A stretch of DNA of 64,000 nucleotides from positions 1 to 64,000 of the IMG/VR virus record IMGVR_UViG_3300020463_000014, one strand, 5' to 3'. A program made the position numbers and the translations under genes. This stretch comes from a virus (Duplodnaviria; Caudoviricetes). Shown here piece by piece: positions 30,301 to 36,013 of this stretch. The first letter of the stretch is position 1, and each line of letters starts with the position of its first letter. A model generated the notes under the pieces. It searched no databases and was not told the DNA's origin. It was given only the letters and a program-made list of their open reading frames with translations.

Positions 30301-31895
30301 TTAGCTCTATCAGTTTTTTCACCGTAAAATAATTCTCCACCTTCAATAGAGTCTAAATTGCCAGAAGTTAAAACAGAACCCGGAAGTAAATCTGTAACTC
30401 TTAAATTTTTAAACATTGCTGGAGAATATGATACTATTTCTCCAGTTGGCTTAATAGTTAAACCTTTAAAGCTACCTTGAGTATGCCCAATTTTTAAACC
30501 ATTGGTCGAATCATACATGAAATCTGAATCGCCGCCAAGTGTTTTGTCAGTGTTAACAAATGGAACTGTACCAGGTGCAAGTGATGTGCCTGGCGCATCA
30601 AATTCTAATCTATTGACTCTAAGAAAATCAACATCGCCAGAATCCGCTCTAAAGTATTTAAAATATGCTGAGTCAGCTTGTAAATCTTTATTATAAAAAA
30701 GTCTATTTGTTGTCCAATAATTTTCGTATTGTGTTCCAGCAGCCCCGGCCTGCCAGGTAAAAGCTGCTCCAACTGGACCACCAACTGTAATACCTGCCCC
30801 AGATGCAAATGCAGAATCTGCCGCAGAATCTGCTAAAAGAATATTAGTATCTTTAATAACGACTTCTGTAGATCTAACAGATGTCATTTGACCAGCAACA
30901 AATAAGTCACCTTTAATATTTACCCGACCTTCGGGTGCTCCAAACGGAAATGGATCAATATTAATTACACCTGGTCCACGATATTCTGGGCTATGTGCAA
31001 TATTGAAACTATGATATACGGAATGACCACTATCAACATCAAGTTGACTAATATATGCATTTGTTATTTTTGCAGAATCAGCATCAAATTGGCCAATATA
31101 ACCAGAATCAGCGCTTATTCTCGAAATATATGCGCTATCAACATCTAACTGGCTAATATATGCGCTATCACCTTTTAATCTTGAAATGAATGCGCTATCA
31201 ACATCAAGTTGACTGATATAGGCACTATCACCTTTCAATCTAGAAATAAATGCTGAGTCTACATCTAACTGGCTAATATAGGCACTATCACCTTTCAATC
31301 TAGAAATAAATGCTGAGTCTACATCTAACTGGCTAATATAAGCCGAATCTGACATTAATCTTGAAATGAATGCGCTATCAACATCAAGTTGACTGATATA
31401 TGCCGAGTCAACCATCAATCGACTAATATAACCACTATCAACATCAAGTTGTAAAATATGAGATGAGTCAGCAGTTAGTCTTGAAATGTATGCTGAATCT
31501 ACGTCCAATTTCCATATAAATGCAGAATCTGCTGTTAAACGTTTTAAATGTGCGCTATCAACATCTAAATCTTTAATATGAGCTGAGTCTGCAGTCAGTC
31601 CATGAACGTATAATAGATCAACTGCTCTTTCTGAATCAAGAAGAAGAAATTTATTTCCAACAGCAATACCAGGATTTCCTGCTGTCTCCAAGAGAGTCAT
31701 GAATTTTTCACCACCAATAGCCGCTACTCGACTTGCTATTTGAGGAACTGCAAGTGAATCAACAGCTGGCCCAATGCCGGCATATAAAACTCCACCATTA
31801 ATACTATCATAATATGAATATGCAAGTTCACCTAGTGCTAAACTTGAAGGGGTAGCTTGTGTGCCTGATCTCTTAATCTGGATTATAGATGCCAT
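18369..31895 (-). CDS. Giant tail fibre / adhesin, 4508 aa
   Basis: N-terminal IQIKRSGT...P..LA.GELAY fibre anchor; YadA-head-like repeats (A.G..S.AIG..N); 10-aa and 9-aa DS tandem repeats; two APAA.DTLNE.A.ALG.D fibre motifs; four C-terminal ATAGQT.F.G...QVF.NGI.L modules. Confidence 0.85.
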   Translation of the reverse strand: MASIIQIKRSGTQATPSSLALGELAYSYYDSINGGVLYAGIGPAVDSLAVPQIASRVAAIGGEKFMTLLETAGNPGIAVGNKFLLLDSERAVDLLYVHGLTADSAHIKDLDVDSAHLKRLTADSAFIWKLDVDSAYISRLTADSSHILQLDVDSGYISRLMVDSAYISQLDVDSAFISRLMSDSAYISQLDVDSAFISRLKGDSAYISQLDVDSAFISRLKGDSAYISQLDVDSAFISRLKGDSAYISQLDVDSAYISRISADSGYIGQFDADSAKITNAYISQLDVDSGHSVYHSFNIAHSPEYRGPGVINIDPFPFGAPEGRVNIKGDLFVAGQMTSVRSTEVVIKDTNILLADSAADSAFASGAGITVGGPVGAAFTWQAGAAGTQYENYWTTNRLFYNKDLQADSAYFKYFRADSGDVDFLRVNRLEFDAPGTSLAPGTVPFVNTDKTLGGDSDFMYDSTNGLKIGHTQGSFKGLTIKPTGEIVSYSPAMFKNLRVTDLLPGSVLTSGNLDSIEGGELFYGEKTDRANGTRFGLMVAEQIIQDSGWYRFVVDKNTGVVDAAGVKVGSYKSKPGLLTIDPNSIIYPNDSQARDFYGLTVTTDGDSTEFAGRKYSLTSTLPINYFKSDLHKDSGRDLRRFPGDGVSANDSDVSVLIRAISLEDSSLFEVHKDGSINFTGELLQNGVPFTGGGLFTATALDDAFFVPRDFKATYPYGGFGRIAVGTDKPKSRFEVHGGPFQVKGGFQGVGSIPQSADYNDAISGEISMAHDLVINYGDPSLSALADSAKGSRFSFVPGKASTRGGYFTNHKDFAWDELGLFSAAFGLNVKASGQSSFATGDSSRAAGLASIAMGFKNKITGIYSVGIGSNNSDGGDRNVLLGAENAAKGDDTFILGKSNIVSNGGKEQVFIGLGNKSAGGNFNFLLGQNNTAQSNAGFAFGVEDSVGGALSFAIGSYNKVGGGDAFAFGRENIVSGQSSYAFGMNGHIANTANKSINFQMVTTTPIYGAGADLIGNPNRTIPGVVVDDNLMAIQGGNVSIGRESDMFDAIDGAGNLFVGGNIIYGGNIFQNNPEGGAPIAGNPFVDDGRFILTAAPRNIGVQKTDPNTEFDVRGDFQVDGILKSTLYDAGDSAVFDSDGGPASLTYNNMFLYSSRAAIVRAGKIDLGEHQNSDLGYFSMGMGEQPYAKGRASVSLGYKNRVGQRVSKGQQTLGRTGNLGHHSIAIGKSNEIITDQNMFLGEGNLQDSNNTGTQLYAFGIDNKFGLSNTAPKAANKSIIIGEGNILDNAGDNNYVIGKDNSLLNNTSANNIVIGTGWKDSHTTGANAQYGGTVVGGTANKTIFIGGNTFIPTGLTNGIVIMKPEIFNDSGTNIIDSNYVNKGLNNTNIMIGKTAKRPHNNTAKYASGFNPNYTLDIHGDVNIDSGATLYIGDVNIKDFIKGTAPTVIVTHTQVTTPVSTFPDGFTINIDATSGNGSVTANTPYNNLTVTPLGGHKLAPSSSMATAGGPGSGLAIKFVNVETDSTSGTSSSFNYNSTADNIYFVQAVDANTFNLFTDRACTVALDMSSEPSIYTVNGTYEVINVAALVSNFTIAAFATKTEVTLPSGGTHGLVIGDAVRFQGVNITSPAGIIDAITFFVGPDDGTGNITNTNVFELFHDQALTQPVTTTDYSGTFDTSSALYAQVVPAVATTPSADLNVIGKLTVGDSATVEGSIHFRQSVSGSTFTIGDNPGTGERMSFDSFVVRPTGGLIPILENHLDSAYVQARVSIDNFWALKEGDQLINFQPDASLAADIPQGNAVTIARNDVSVGDIAYKDIVDGIQYKKFSLDVLGKARIDLPNYQVAGASLGNRPAEDNASLQAAIDHKSPIITTSAQGTQVAWPTQDYIATIVTNDYVKDRMNIDSAVIASVIDSGYLKTVISPNYILHNANDSSHWRRSVDGHTLYFGGVGFNAETQVAIGADSAPIDHPGSRLYVKGDVRVDSGFSAGGHSLIEGHTITPDDTFIFNFIDNQDPTIDHADSYVVSRGHKTISNTDGTLASFLAIASGTDTNLPLGDSSITIIGIPGPALDDSHIVVSFRPGTWSAIGDSVGPLQAGGLQHGTGSAALGVQTGDFVVTGTNTIELRLASLPQWGTGTPRLNTSSITDIRIDNRGLHHQITSLKGTPNLTALRLQDSDNSSPSKILNYVKNGLTKVYINGVELESDGEKWEEVSNSLIHIFDSTANTRLKLNDVIRVEARSRKNDASLTVRGPLTVASGFQLENPPITLSGNLNITSSKSATGEDSGSAQTNTQFTFKDSAIFKTGFTVDGKIAKIQNGGLLFGGTRRADSDYRVINGGLLWDNTNQTMTAGDSAEFYFGPYYPSSYDSALGFNLVNPYIGRSFDSNLMRVIDSTYIGERLITPWNRIGPAGGNQQIYYDEEGAVIVGQKNTIHPNDPTTRFAVDSGNVLFLSSNIATIAQHPKAGVVPLSKTGTQIGAGSRLMWIPEYGAFRAGEVDGTNVTWDSNEVGYQSQGIGYNTLATDYSTAIGYDAKAGNVSYVGISKGPLHTTASVSVGHTVTNPGQFSVALGKDITNSNKQKSVSIGLEITNTGRTGTGITLDGGIAIGKDLETGIGVVIGKEITGDPGNHNDCFKNTAIGNKLTNTARNSVVIGYNLKGGQGALNIGRDNTGTVGTNSLVIGVNSSASNNGVAIGHTANAGTNGFSVGINTTTGTGGVSFGTSVKSGASGIGIGISSEGMGNSAVAMGRSNVVRGNNSVGIGYGNTTNGNNATVFGRSNSVSRSNFVAGRNNTSIDEATVHGDNNKSINKQSKVWGDGNESLIDNTAAYGDNNKNFKQLSNIFGDDNKDFYDIKIYGSGNFGSGAGSAASANGGYIFGGINQQTGGGNIYGSNNIITDGGDAYGRDNTITDFGYAFGHSNTVDNEAFAYGFANIVDGTTTKAYGFGEGNQATLGGIGIGITTVAANGGITLGTEVEATGVGSVAIGRKIKATGEGSIGIGLDANTNTVSANNTLSIMGGAVAIGKVAAGATYGLDVQDLANFTSNIAINTKPLYQYIQQDVANQAWIRANANATYVRSHIDTSHYRASMPASQYFYNTAGSGYLHTTAPRVGINTATPGYNLDVNGSVNVQSLYWQGDRILDSNQGNQVYLTHQVAQFFIDPDSATHFFDSDYIFARQQNYGFNQYETYQGVINANYINALIDDDRFLDSAEAVSLIASETSNYAFQKNVSQKASEPSNLFRMGVRTNFDPAYTMNIKGIVNIVDGDLQVDGDIKIKQPSGSFVKLETESPLVQTFGGTVYLPAATGSRSGIGIDHNSPGSLYAINVGTDIVGGGLKDGINVAAGMSYYIDGQDIFTSVLDSNFVNIRVQKEDLTASGKLDSDHFKFIIDSDYIKFVADSDYIKFVADSDYVKLIADSDYIKFVADSDYIKGIADSDYIKFVADSDYIKGIADSDYIKGIADSDYIKSIADSDYIKFIADSDYIKSIADSDYIKSIADSDYVKSIADSDYIKSIADSDYVKSIADSDYIKGIVDSAHVDLITGIGSRPVDFGPHQITFKSVGAAAGSLPNPVTYPGMTAVTTSDNKARISKGGSWTAIPLENTNVTFNTILPGGDKLYDLGSPTAAWKDLYISGSTIHLGGLRLKDSGGVFLTTDSLGVATALDLSGANTGQLAEGSNLYYTDARVDSNITGKDLDMGANKILYSNVYATLGDLPSASSYHGMFAHVHATGKAYFAHAGAWIDLASGADITTAINNLIDGAPAAMDTLNEFATALGNDENFATTITALIGSKLDSDKAITLIDSAYVQARVVPAGIDSSAVSGMVDSAYVQARQILSSFDSAEVLQLIDSDYILARSSAGVTTLGGLTDVTYSSPTDGQALVYDAGTSSWIPGTVASGGGSADSAAIIALIDSDYIQARQTSSGAAVSSEYSNFRFTATANQTTYSGADVAGNTLAVTATGIQVYLNGIHLLKDIDYTVSGKTAVVLTTGANVGDDLVITNISTGAKANYIVAGQANFKDYKFRATAGQTAFTGNDLNSQSLSITDSNHQVFINGIRLNRVEDYNVNASTNTVTLTLAAADSDDVIIQTLTTSPTGNVLGAAVSSSVDSAVAALVDAAPATLNTLNELAAALGDDANYAATTATALGTKLDNTSSITSLADVHTTAPTEGQILIWDNSNSYWAPGVLPAGTDSAAVTGMIDSAYIEARTSGGTFTNAVNFANYYYVADSGQTVFSGNDANGAALAIDTANYQVFNNGIRLVSGVDYTVNAAANSVTLNGFTADSGDDLVINTLSQTVTQSHIVVGDTFMNTFKFIATNGQTVFTGADANSKTLGIDSSNFNVFQNGIKLMDSDDFASNPITNTITLTSGASTSDEIVITAIENKASNVTVDAQALFNLVDSAYVIARTPSSTAPDTWIEVTTTPLTLTAGQRLIVDTSTAKTVNLPATATLGDEVRIIDGTGQASTNAITIGRNGHKIEGTDSDLTIDVNRAAFGLVYYNVANGWLFTEK
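18760..20110 (-). repeat. Four dispersed copies of a ~75-aa module in the giant fibre C-terminus
   Basis: (F/Y).A..GQT.F.G.D.N...L......QVF.NGI.L...D(Y/F)......V.L...A...D..VI occurs four times. Confidence 0.75.
21290..21740 (-). repeat. 27-bp / 9-aa tandem repeat (ADSDYIKxI), about 16 copies
   Basis: Directly visible in DNA (e.g. atagtcactatcagcaattgatttaat) and in the protein. Confidence 0.95.
22850..24400 (-). repeat. YadA-head-like / beta-roll repeat tract in the giant fibre
   Basis: Dozens of ~12-14 aa G..(N/S)...(A/V)(I/F)G..N units; similar tracts at about 27950-28350 and 28900-29420. Confidence 0.7.
31023..31592 (-). repeat. 30-bp / 10-aa tandem repeat (DSAYISQLDV / DSAFISRLKG), about 19 units
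   Basis: Directly visible alternating decapeptides; near-identical 60-bp DNA units at 31141-31400. Confidence 0.95.
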
Positions 31896-31935
31896 GAAAT
31901 AAACAACCTATCTAAATGCTTTTATTATTTAATCT

Positions 31936-31943
31936 TATTTATA
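31936..31943 (-). promoter_or_regulatory. T4-type late promoter upstream of the giant fibre gene
   Basis: Exact TATAAATA about 40 nt upstream of the ATG at 31895. Confidence 0.78.
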
Positions 31944-31948
31944 TGATT

Positions 31949-32188
31949 TTAGAAGGTATCTCCACCATCTACTATTTGCCCTTGATTTAAATGTTTTGTA
32001 GCTGTCCATTTTTCGGTTACACCATTAAATGCAATCATTGTTCCTTCTGGAATTTGCCCTGCGCCAATAGCAGTATCACTTACATCTCTAAGACTATTTC
32101 TAATTCTAATTTCTTTAATAGCTGGAAGAGGAGTTCCAACTTTAATATTTTTAACGATTGTACGATTTGATGTTATTTTAATTGCCAT
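31949..32188 (-). CDS. Small hypothetical virion protein
   Basis: 79 aa with AGGA RBS; fibre-like L.DV.D......G..I.FNG..EKW motif and terminal DGG.F. Confidence 0.65.
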   Translation of the reverse strand: MAIKITSNRTIVKNIKVGTPLPAIKEIRIRNSLRDVSDTAIGAGQIPEGTMIAFNGVTEKWTATKHLNQGQIVDGGDTF

Positions 32189-32197
32189 ATCGTTATC

Positions 32198-32587
32198 CTA
32201 TGTTGTTACTTGAGGAGAAAGTGTTAATTTTCCTTCTAGTATTCTTTCAACTACACCTAATCCTGTATTACTATCTGTTCCTTCTAACTCAACATCATAC
32301 ACATATCTACCAGCTTTCATACGGGTTGTTTGTGCATTTGTTAATGATAGTTGTAAAATATTTTCTTGATTAAGTGGGTTAAATGCTGTAACGTTAAATA
32401 ATTCAGCTGAATCTGTAGAATTATAGCTTTTTTTAATCTTACCTCTCATGAGATAATATGATCCAAACGTACCAGCATCTGAATCCCAATTGATTAAAAG
32501 TTTTCTACTTCCATCAGGATTAAATAATTCAAGTTGGATAGTAACGTCTGATCCTTGGTCGATTGTTAAGTCTTCGTAGTGTGCCAT
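32198..32587 (-). CDS. Ig-like (BppU-N-like) fibre/baseplate adaptor protein
   Basis: Start revised to ATG 32587 (GAGGT RBS). L.IDQGSD...LSLT..QT...KAGRYVYDVE....RILEG.....P.VT pattern common in marine T4-like phages. Confidence 0.7.
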   Translation of the reverse strand: MAHYEDLTIDQGSDVTIQLELFNPDGSRKLLINWDSDAGTFGSYYLMRGKIKKSYNSTDSAELFNVTAFNPLNQENILQLSLTNAQTTRMKAGRYVYDVELEGTDSNTGLGVVERILEGKLTLSPQVTT

Positions 32588-32611
32588 ACCCACCTCTTAT
32601 CTATTTTACTG

Positions 32612-32619
32612 TATTTATA
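32612..32619 (-). promoter_or_regulatory. T4-type late promoter (second copy at 32665-32672)
   Basis: Two exact TATAAATA sites upstream of the 32587 start. Confidence 0.72.
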
Positions 32620-32704
32620 ATGCTTTACACATGTAGGTGTAGGCAGAATAATGATCTATTCTGCTATTTATATATTTTTATTTTCAAAAAGTTGAAAATA
32701 GTCC

Positions 32705-32733
32705 TTTACAATCGCTCAAAAATGTGTTATAAA
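32705..32733 (+). promoter_or_regulatory. Sigma70-type (early) promoter
   Basis: TTTACA (32705-32710), 17-nt spacer, TATAAA (32728-32733) with extended -10 TG; AAAGGAG RBS follows before ATG 32758. Confidence 0.75.
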
Positions 32734-32757
32734 GGTATTAACAAAGGAGAACACTAA

Positions 32758-33288
32758 ATGGAACAGATCATTTCAAACTTAGAAAATGTCTTTACCGATC
32801 TCGATAAAAAATTCATCAAAGGGCAAATTGAATGGGCCTTAGGACGGAAAGTAGCTCTTAAAGAATGGCGGATGGATAACATCCTCGGACATCCTTATGG
32901 CGCAAAAGTAAACGAAGGTTACAAAAATTGGGGTAGAGATAGCTGGGGTTTCTACGAAGAAATGTTTCGGATTTGCGGTGGTAAAGGTCACTATAACACA
33001 ATCACTCAAAATAACAATGCAGGAATTACTCAGATATTTGAAAAGAACTGCAAAAAAACAATTGAAGCAAGAAATGCTAAAGTAGCTAAAAAGCTGGAAA
33101 AATTTGGCATTACAGAAGTTAAAGACTCAAATATTTCTAAAACCTCAGATGGTTTTCACGGAGTCTTTAATGTAGAAACAGACAAAGGAAACAAGCGGAT
33201 TGAAATCGATACAATCTTAGCTGGTGGATATAACATCCAATGTCTCCACCTTCGTACTTTAGTAAAAATGAAAAAAGGAGTTTTATAA
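32758..33288 (+). CDS. Phage hypothetical protein (AGGYNIQCLH.R motif)
   Basis: 176 aa, strong RBS and own promoter. The C-terminal TILAGGYNIQCLHLRTLV motif is recalled from phage hypothetical proteins; function unknown. Confidence 0.8.
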   Translation: MEQIISNLENVFTDLDKKFIKGQIEWALGRKVALKEWRMDNILGHPYGAKVNEGYKNWGRDSWGFYEEMFRICGGKGHYNTITQNNNAGITQIFEKNCKKTIEARNAKVAKKLEKFGITEVKDSNISKTSDGFHGVFNVETDKGNKRIEIDTILAGGYNIQCLHLRTLVKMKKGVL

Positions 33289-33533
33289 TGCAAGTCGTAA
33301 CAGTTAGATTTACAGGATCGATGGTTGAACCATCACATCACGATTGTCAAATCGTAGAAGGTTCTATGAATATGAGATATGATGTACGGAAAGATTCTTC
33401 CGCACTCGTATTATATGATGTACGAAAAGATGATATTAATCCGCCAGTATGTAAAATTATCTCTCCATTTGGTAAAGATAATACATTAGAAGCATTTTAT
33501 ATGAATGAACAATGGAATTGTAACTTAGATTAA
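33288..33533 (+). CDS. Hypothetical protein, 81 aa
   Basis: Start revised to ATG 33288 (AAAGGAG RBS; TAATG overlap with upstream stop); contains YDVRKD twice. Confidence 0.7.
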   Translation: MQVVTVRFTGSMVEPSHHDCQIVEGSMNMRYDVRKDSSALVLYDVRKDDINPPVCKIISPFGKDNTLEAFYMNEQWNCNLD

Positions 33534-33546
33534 AAAAGATAGTAAT

Positions 33547-33572
33547 AAAGAGCTCTTAGGAGCTCTTTTTTT
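33547..33572. terminator. Rho-independent terminator between convergent units
   Basis: Perfect 9-bp stem AAAGAGCTC-ttag-GAGCTCTTT followed by a T-run on plus; an A-rich flank on the other side suggests bidirectional use. Confidence 0.85.
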
Positions 33573-34131
33573 GTTTAATAAAAATATCGACTGGAACAGC
33601 CAGTCTGAGATTAGAATGATATGTTTTTACTAGATGATAAACATATCCTGGCATAATTATTACATCACCAGTTTTAGGTGCGTACTCAATAGGTTTAAAC
33701 ATTTCGGCGGTTTTACCAAAATAACCTCTATTGGCATTTGCTCTTGGATCATATGACACTAGTTCTCCACCTTTATCAATATCATCAGAAAGAACATAAA
33801 ATACTGCAGCAAATTGAGCTCCAGAATGATTATGAATATTCATTGAATATCCCTTTTGAGATCCTGTTAACCAAGAACTAAATTCGTAAGACATATCATT
33901 TAGGTCGATACTAAATACTTCTTTAAAAAATTCTGAATATTTTTCTATAGCCAAATCTTTTAACAATGGAATTTTATCTGTAAGTGAACCACTATCGTAT
34001 TCAGCCTGTGGTTTCATAATATTAGTACTAAGTAAAATTTCTTGAACTAATTCTTCACATTGGTCTAAAGTAATTTGAGTTTTGTATATTGGTGTGGACC
34101 AACACTGATTAATACCCGATTTCAACATCAT
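33556..34131 (-). CDS. Fe(II)/2OG-dependent oxygenase (TIGR02466-like)
   Basis: HNH.....AAVFYV, GGEL...DPR, P..GD.IIMPGY.YH.V and terminal R motif. Confidence 0.85.
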   Translation of the reverse strand: MMLKSGINQCWSTPIYKTQITLDQCEELVQEILLSTNIMKPQAEYDSGSLTDKIPLLKDLAIEKYSEFFKEVFSIDLNDMSYEFSSWLTGSQKGYSMNIHNHSGAQFAAVFYVLSDDIDKGGELVSYDPRANANRGYFGKTAEMFKPIEYAPKTGDVIIMPGYVYHLVKTYHSNLRLAVPVDIFIKQKKSS

Positions 34132-34513
34132 AATATCCTTTTATGTCACGAACCATACCATGAATTACCATCAATGGCCAATCTATATTGTTAAGTATAC
34201 TATCGTATATTTCCTTACTATTTTCGTATGTTTTAAAATATGGATCATTACCGGCTAAAAGCATTGGTTCATTTAACAAATCATAAAAATCTTCGTTAAA
34301 ATCTCTACTAATCCAATAAGCATAACATATTGCTACAACATAACTCTTGGCTGGATATAACCACTCATCTACTTTCTCATTAAAGTGTCGAATAGCATTT
34401 TTAATAATGACCTCTTGATTATCGTCAAAAACTATTTCTACTTTATTCAAATCATCTGTATGATTTTTATTTAATCTATGATAAACTTCTTGTTTAACTT
34501 GCCATTCTTTCAT
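34109..34513 (-). CDS. Hypothetical protein in the radical SAM cassette
   Basis: 134-aa ORF overlapping both neighbours; no recognised motif. Confidence 0.7.
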   Translation of the reverse strand: MKEWQVKQEVYHRLNKNHTDDLNKVEIVFDDNQEVIIKNAIRHFNEKVDEWLYPAKSYVVAICYAYWISRDFNEDFYDLLNEPMLLAGNDPYFKTYENSKEIYDSILNNIDWPLMVIHGMVRDIKGYYDVEIGY

Positions 34514-35402
34514 GATACCAATCCAATAATCCTCTATATCCGTTACAGCTATTATTTAAATCTTTGACATATCGATAATGCTCTGTTAAGCAGTTTCCAA
34601 AATACTTACATGAGGCGCATATAGGACTTATCATTTCTTCTTTTTCTTTGTTTGTCCAATCAATGTATTGTTTCCAAGAATCCAATTCAAGAAAGAATTC
34701 TTTATCCTCTTCATCAAATTCCAAGACACCAAATTTGCCAGAAGGAGTGATGTATATATGATCATCCGAAAATGCATTGTATCTTCCTTTCACTGATTCT
34801 ATAATTCTATCTTCATTTACAAATTCAAACTTCATAGTGTCTTTTAACTTAAGCCACTTTATAACAAAATCTTCAAAGTCTTTGTGGGTCACGTTATGTG
34901 CATTTGCTTGATTTATTGAATATGGTTTAATCTCAACAGATGTAATTGACGAGCACATATTCAACATATTAATCATTTCAGATACATCTTTTTCTAGCAC
35001 CTTTGGAGAAGCTAAAATCAAAACTGCAATAGGTACTGTACTCATTAACATATTATTAAATACAAGTTCAGACTTTTCTCTTGCTTCAAAATCATATGAG
35101 ACAGAAAGATATACATCATCATCAAAAAAGCCTGGATGCATCATAGAATAATTAGTATTGATGCTAATTTCACCTGAATAATATTTTCTTATAACATCTT
35201 TAATACCATAAAAATATGACTTTTTCATTGCACCAACTTCACCACCATATAAGTCAATATGTTCTATATCTGGCACTTGAGATAGCAACTCATCTAGTTT
35301 ATCAAATGAAATTTGTTTCTGATCACCAAGTTGCTTAGTAGATAGGTAGCAAAAATCACATCTAAAATTACAAAAATATGAAGGATTGATCGATACAATC
35401 AT
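34494..35402 (-). CDS. Radical SAM protein with C-terminal Cys cluster (SPASM/twitch-like)
   Basis: CNFRCDFC, LYGGEV, YITPSG, C-terminal CASCKYFGNC...C. Confidence 0.9.
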   Translation of the reverse strand: MIVSINPSYFCNFRCDFCYLSTKQLGDQKQISFDKLDELLSQVPDIEHIDLYGGEVGAMKKSYFYGIKDVIRKYYSGEISINTNYSMMHPGFFDDDVYLSVSYDFEAREKSELVFNNMLMSTVPIAVLILASPKVLEKDVSEMINMLNMCSSITSVEIKPYSINQANAHNVTHKDFEDFVIKWLKLKDTMKFEFVNEDRIIESVKGRYNAFSDDHIYITPSGKFGVLEFDEEDKEFFLELDSWKQYIDWTNKEKEEMISPICASCKYFGNCLTEHYRYVKDLNNSCNGYRGLLDWYHERMAS

Positions 35403-36013
35403 TACCTAGATGGAAAGGAAATATTCATTACTACTGCAAGTCTATCTTCTTCACCATAATAAGGAGTTACTTCATGCCATACATGTGCCGGAACAATAAT
35501 AATTGTATTTTTTTCAGTCTCAATAGACATTTTAGATTTAGGTCTTGTTTTTATAACCTGGTTAAATGCTGGGTCATGAAAAATTAATTTGCCTCCATCT
35601 TTATCATTATCTACACAGTCTAAATAATAAACTGCAACCATCGAAGCACCACTATGACAATGCAAACCTTTATAATCACCATTTCTCATAAAGGGTAATC
35701 TTCCGGTGGTCTGTTCCATACGTTCTAAAATTTCAGCATGTGTAATTGATTCATCATATTCATTAGCTAGTTTTAAAAATGATTTCGCAAAAAAATCATA
35801 TAAATTTTTTATTTCATTATAATTTTTAATATTATCATCGGTAAAAAGCGGAATGTGTACTCCATCATCTCCACCATCTTGATATGAAAGACCGGCCATA
35901 GCTAAATGATTTCTAAATATTGCTTGGCATACTGAATTAAGAGTACTACTTTCTTCTTCATTAATATTATGTAACTCATGTAACATTTTTATTGGAAAAA
36001 TAGTTTTTATCAT
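35402..36013 (-). CDS. Fe(II)/2OG-dependent oxygenase (TIGR02466-like)
   Basis: HCHSGASMVAVYY, GGKLIFHDP, P..VWHEV....DRLAVVMN. Confidence 0.85.
   Translation of the reverse strand: MIKTIFPIKMLHELHNINEEESSTLNSVCQAIFRNHLAMAGLSYQDGGDDGVHIPLFTDDNIKNYNEIKNLYDFFAKSFLKLANEYDESITHAEILERMEQTTGRLPFMRNGDYKGLHCHSGASMVAVYYLDCVDNDKDGGKLIFHDPAFNQVIKTRPKSKMSIETEKNTIIIVPAHVWHEVTPYYGEEDRLAVVMNISFPSR

Noticed and set aside
18369-31895. Diversity-generating retroelement or invertase-driven fibre variation
   Set aside because: No reverse transcriptase or recombinase seen, and no adenine-specific template/variable repeat pair noticed in this window.
32624-32652. Second plus-strand sigma70 promoter (TTTACA-N17-AATAAT)
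   Set aside because: The -10 box lacks the conserved first T and lies within a hairpin; likely a chance match in AT-rich DNA.
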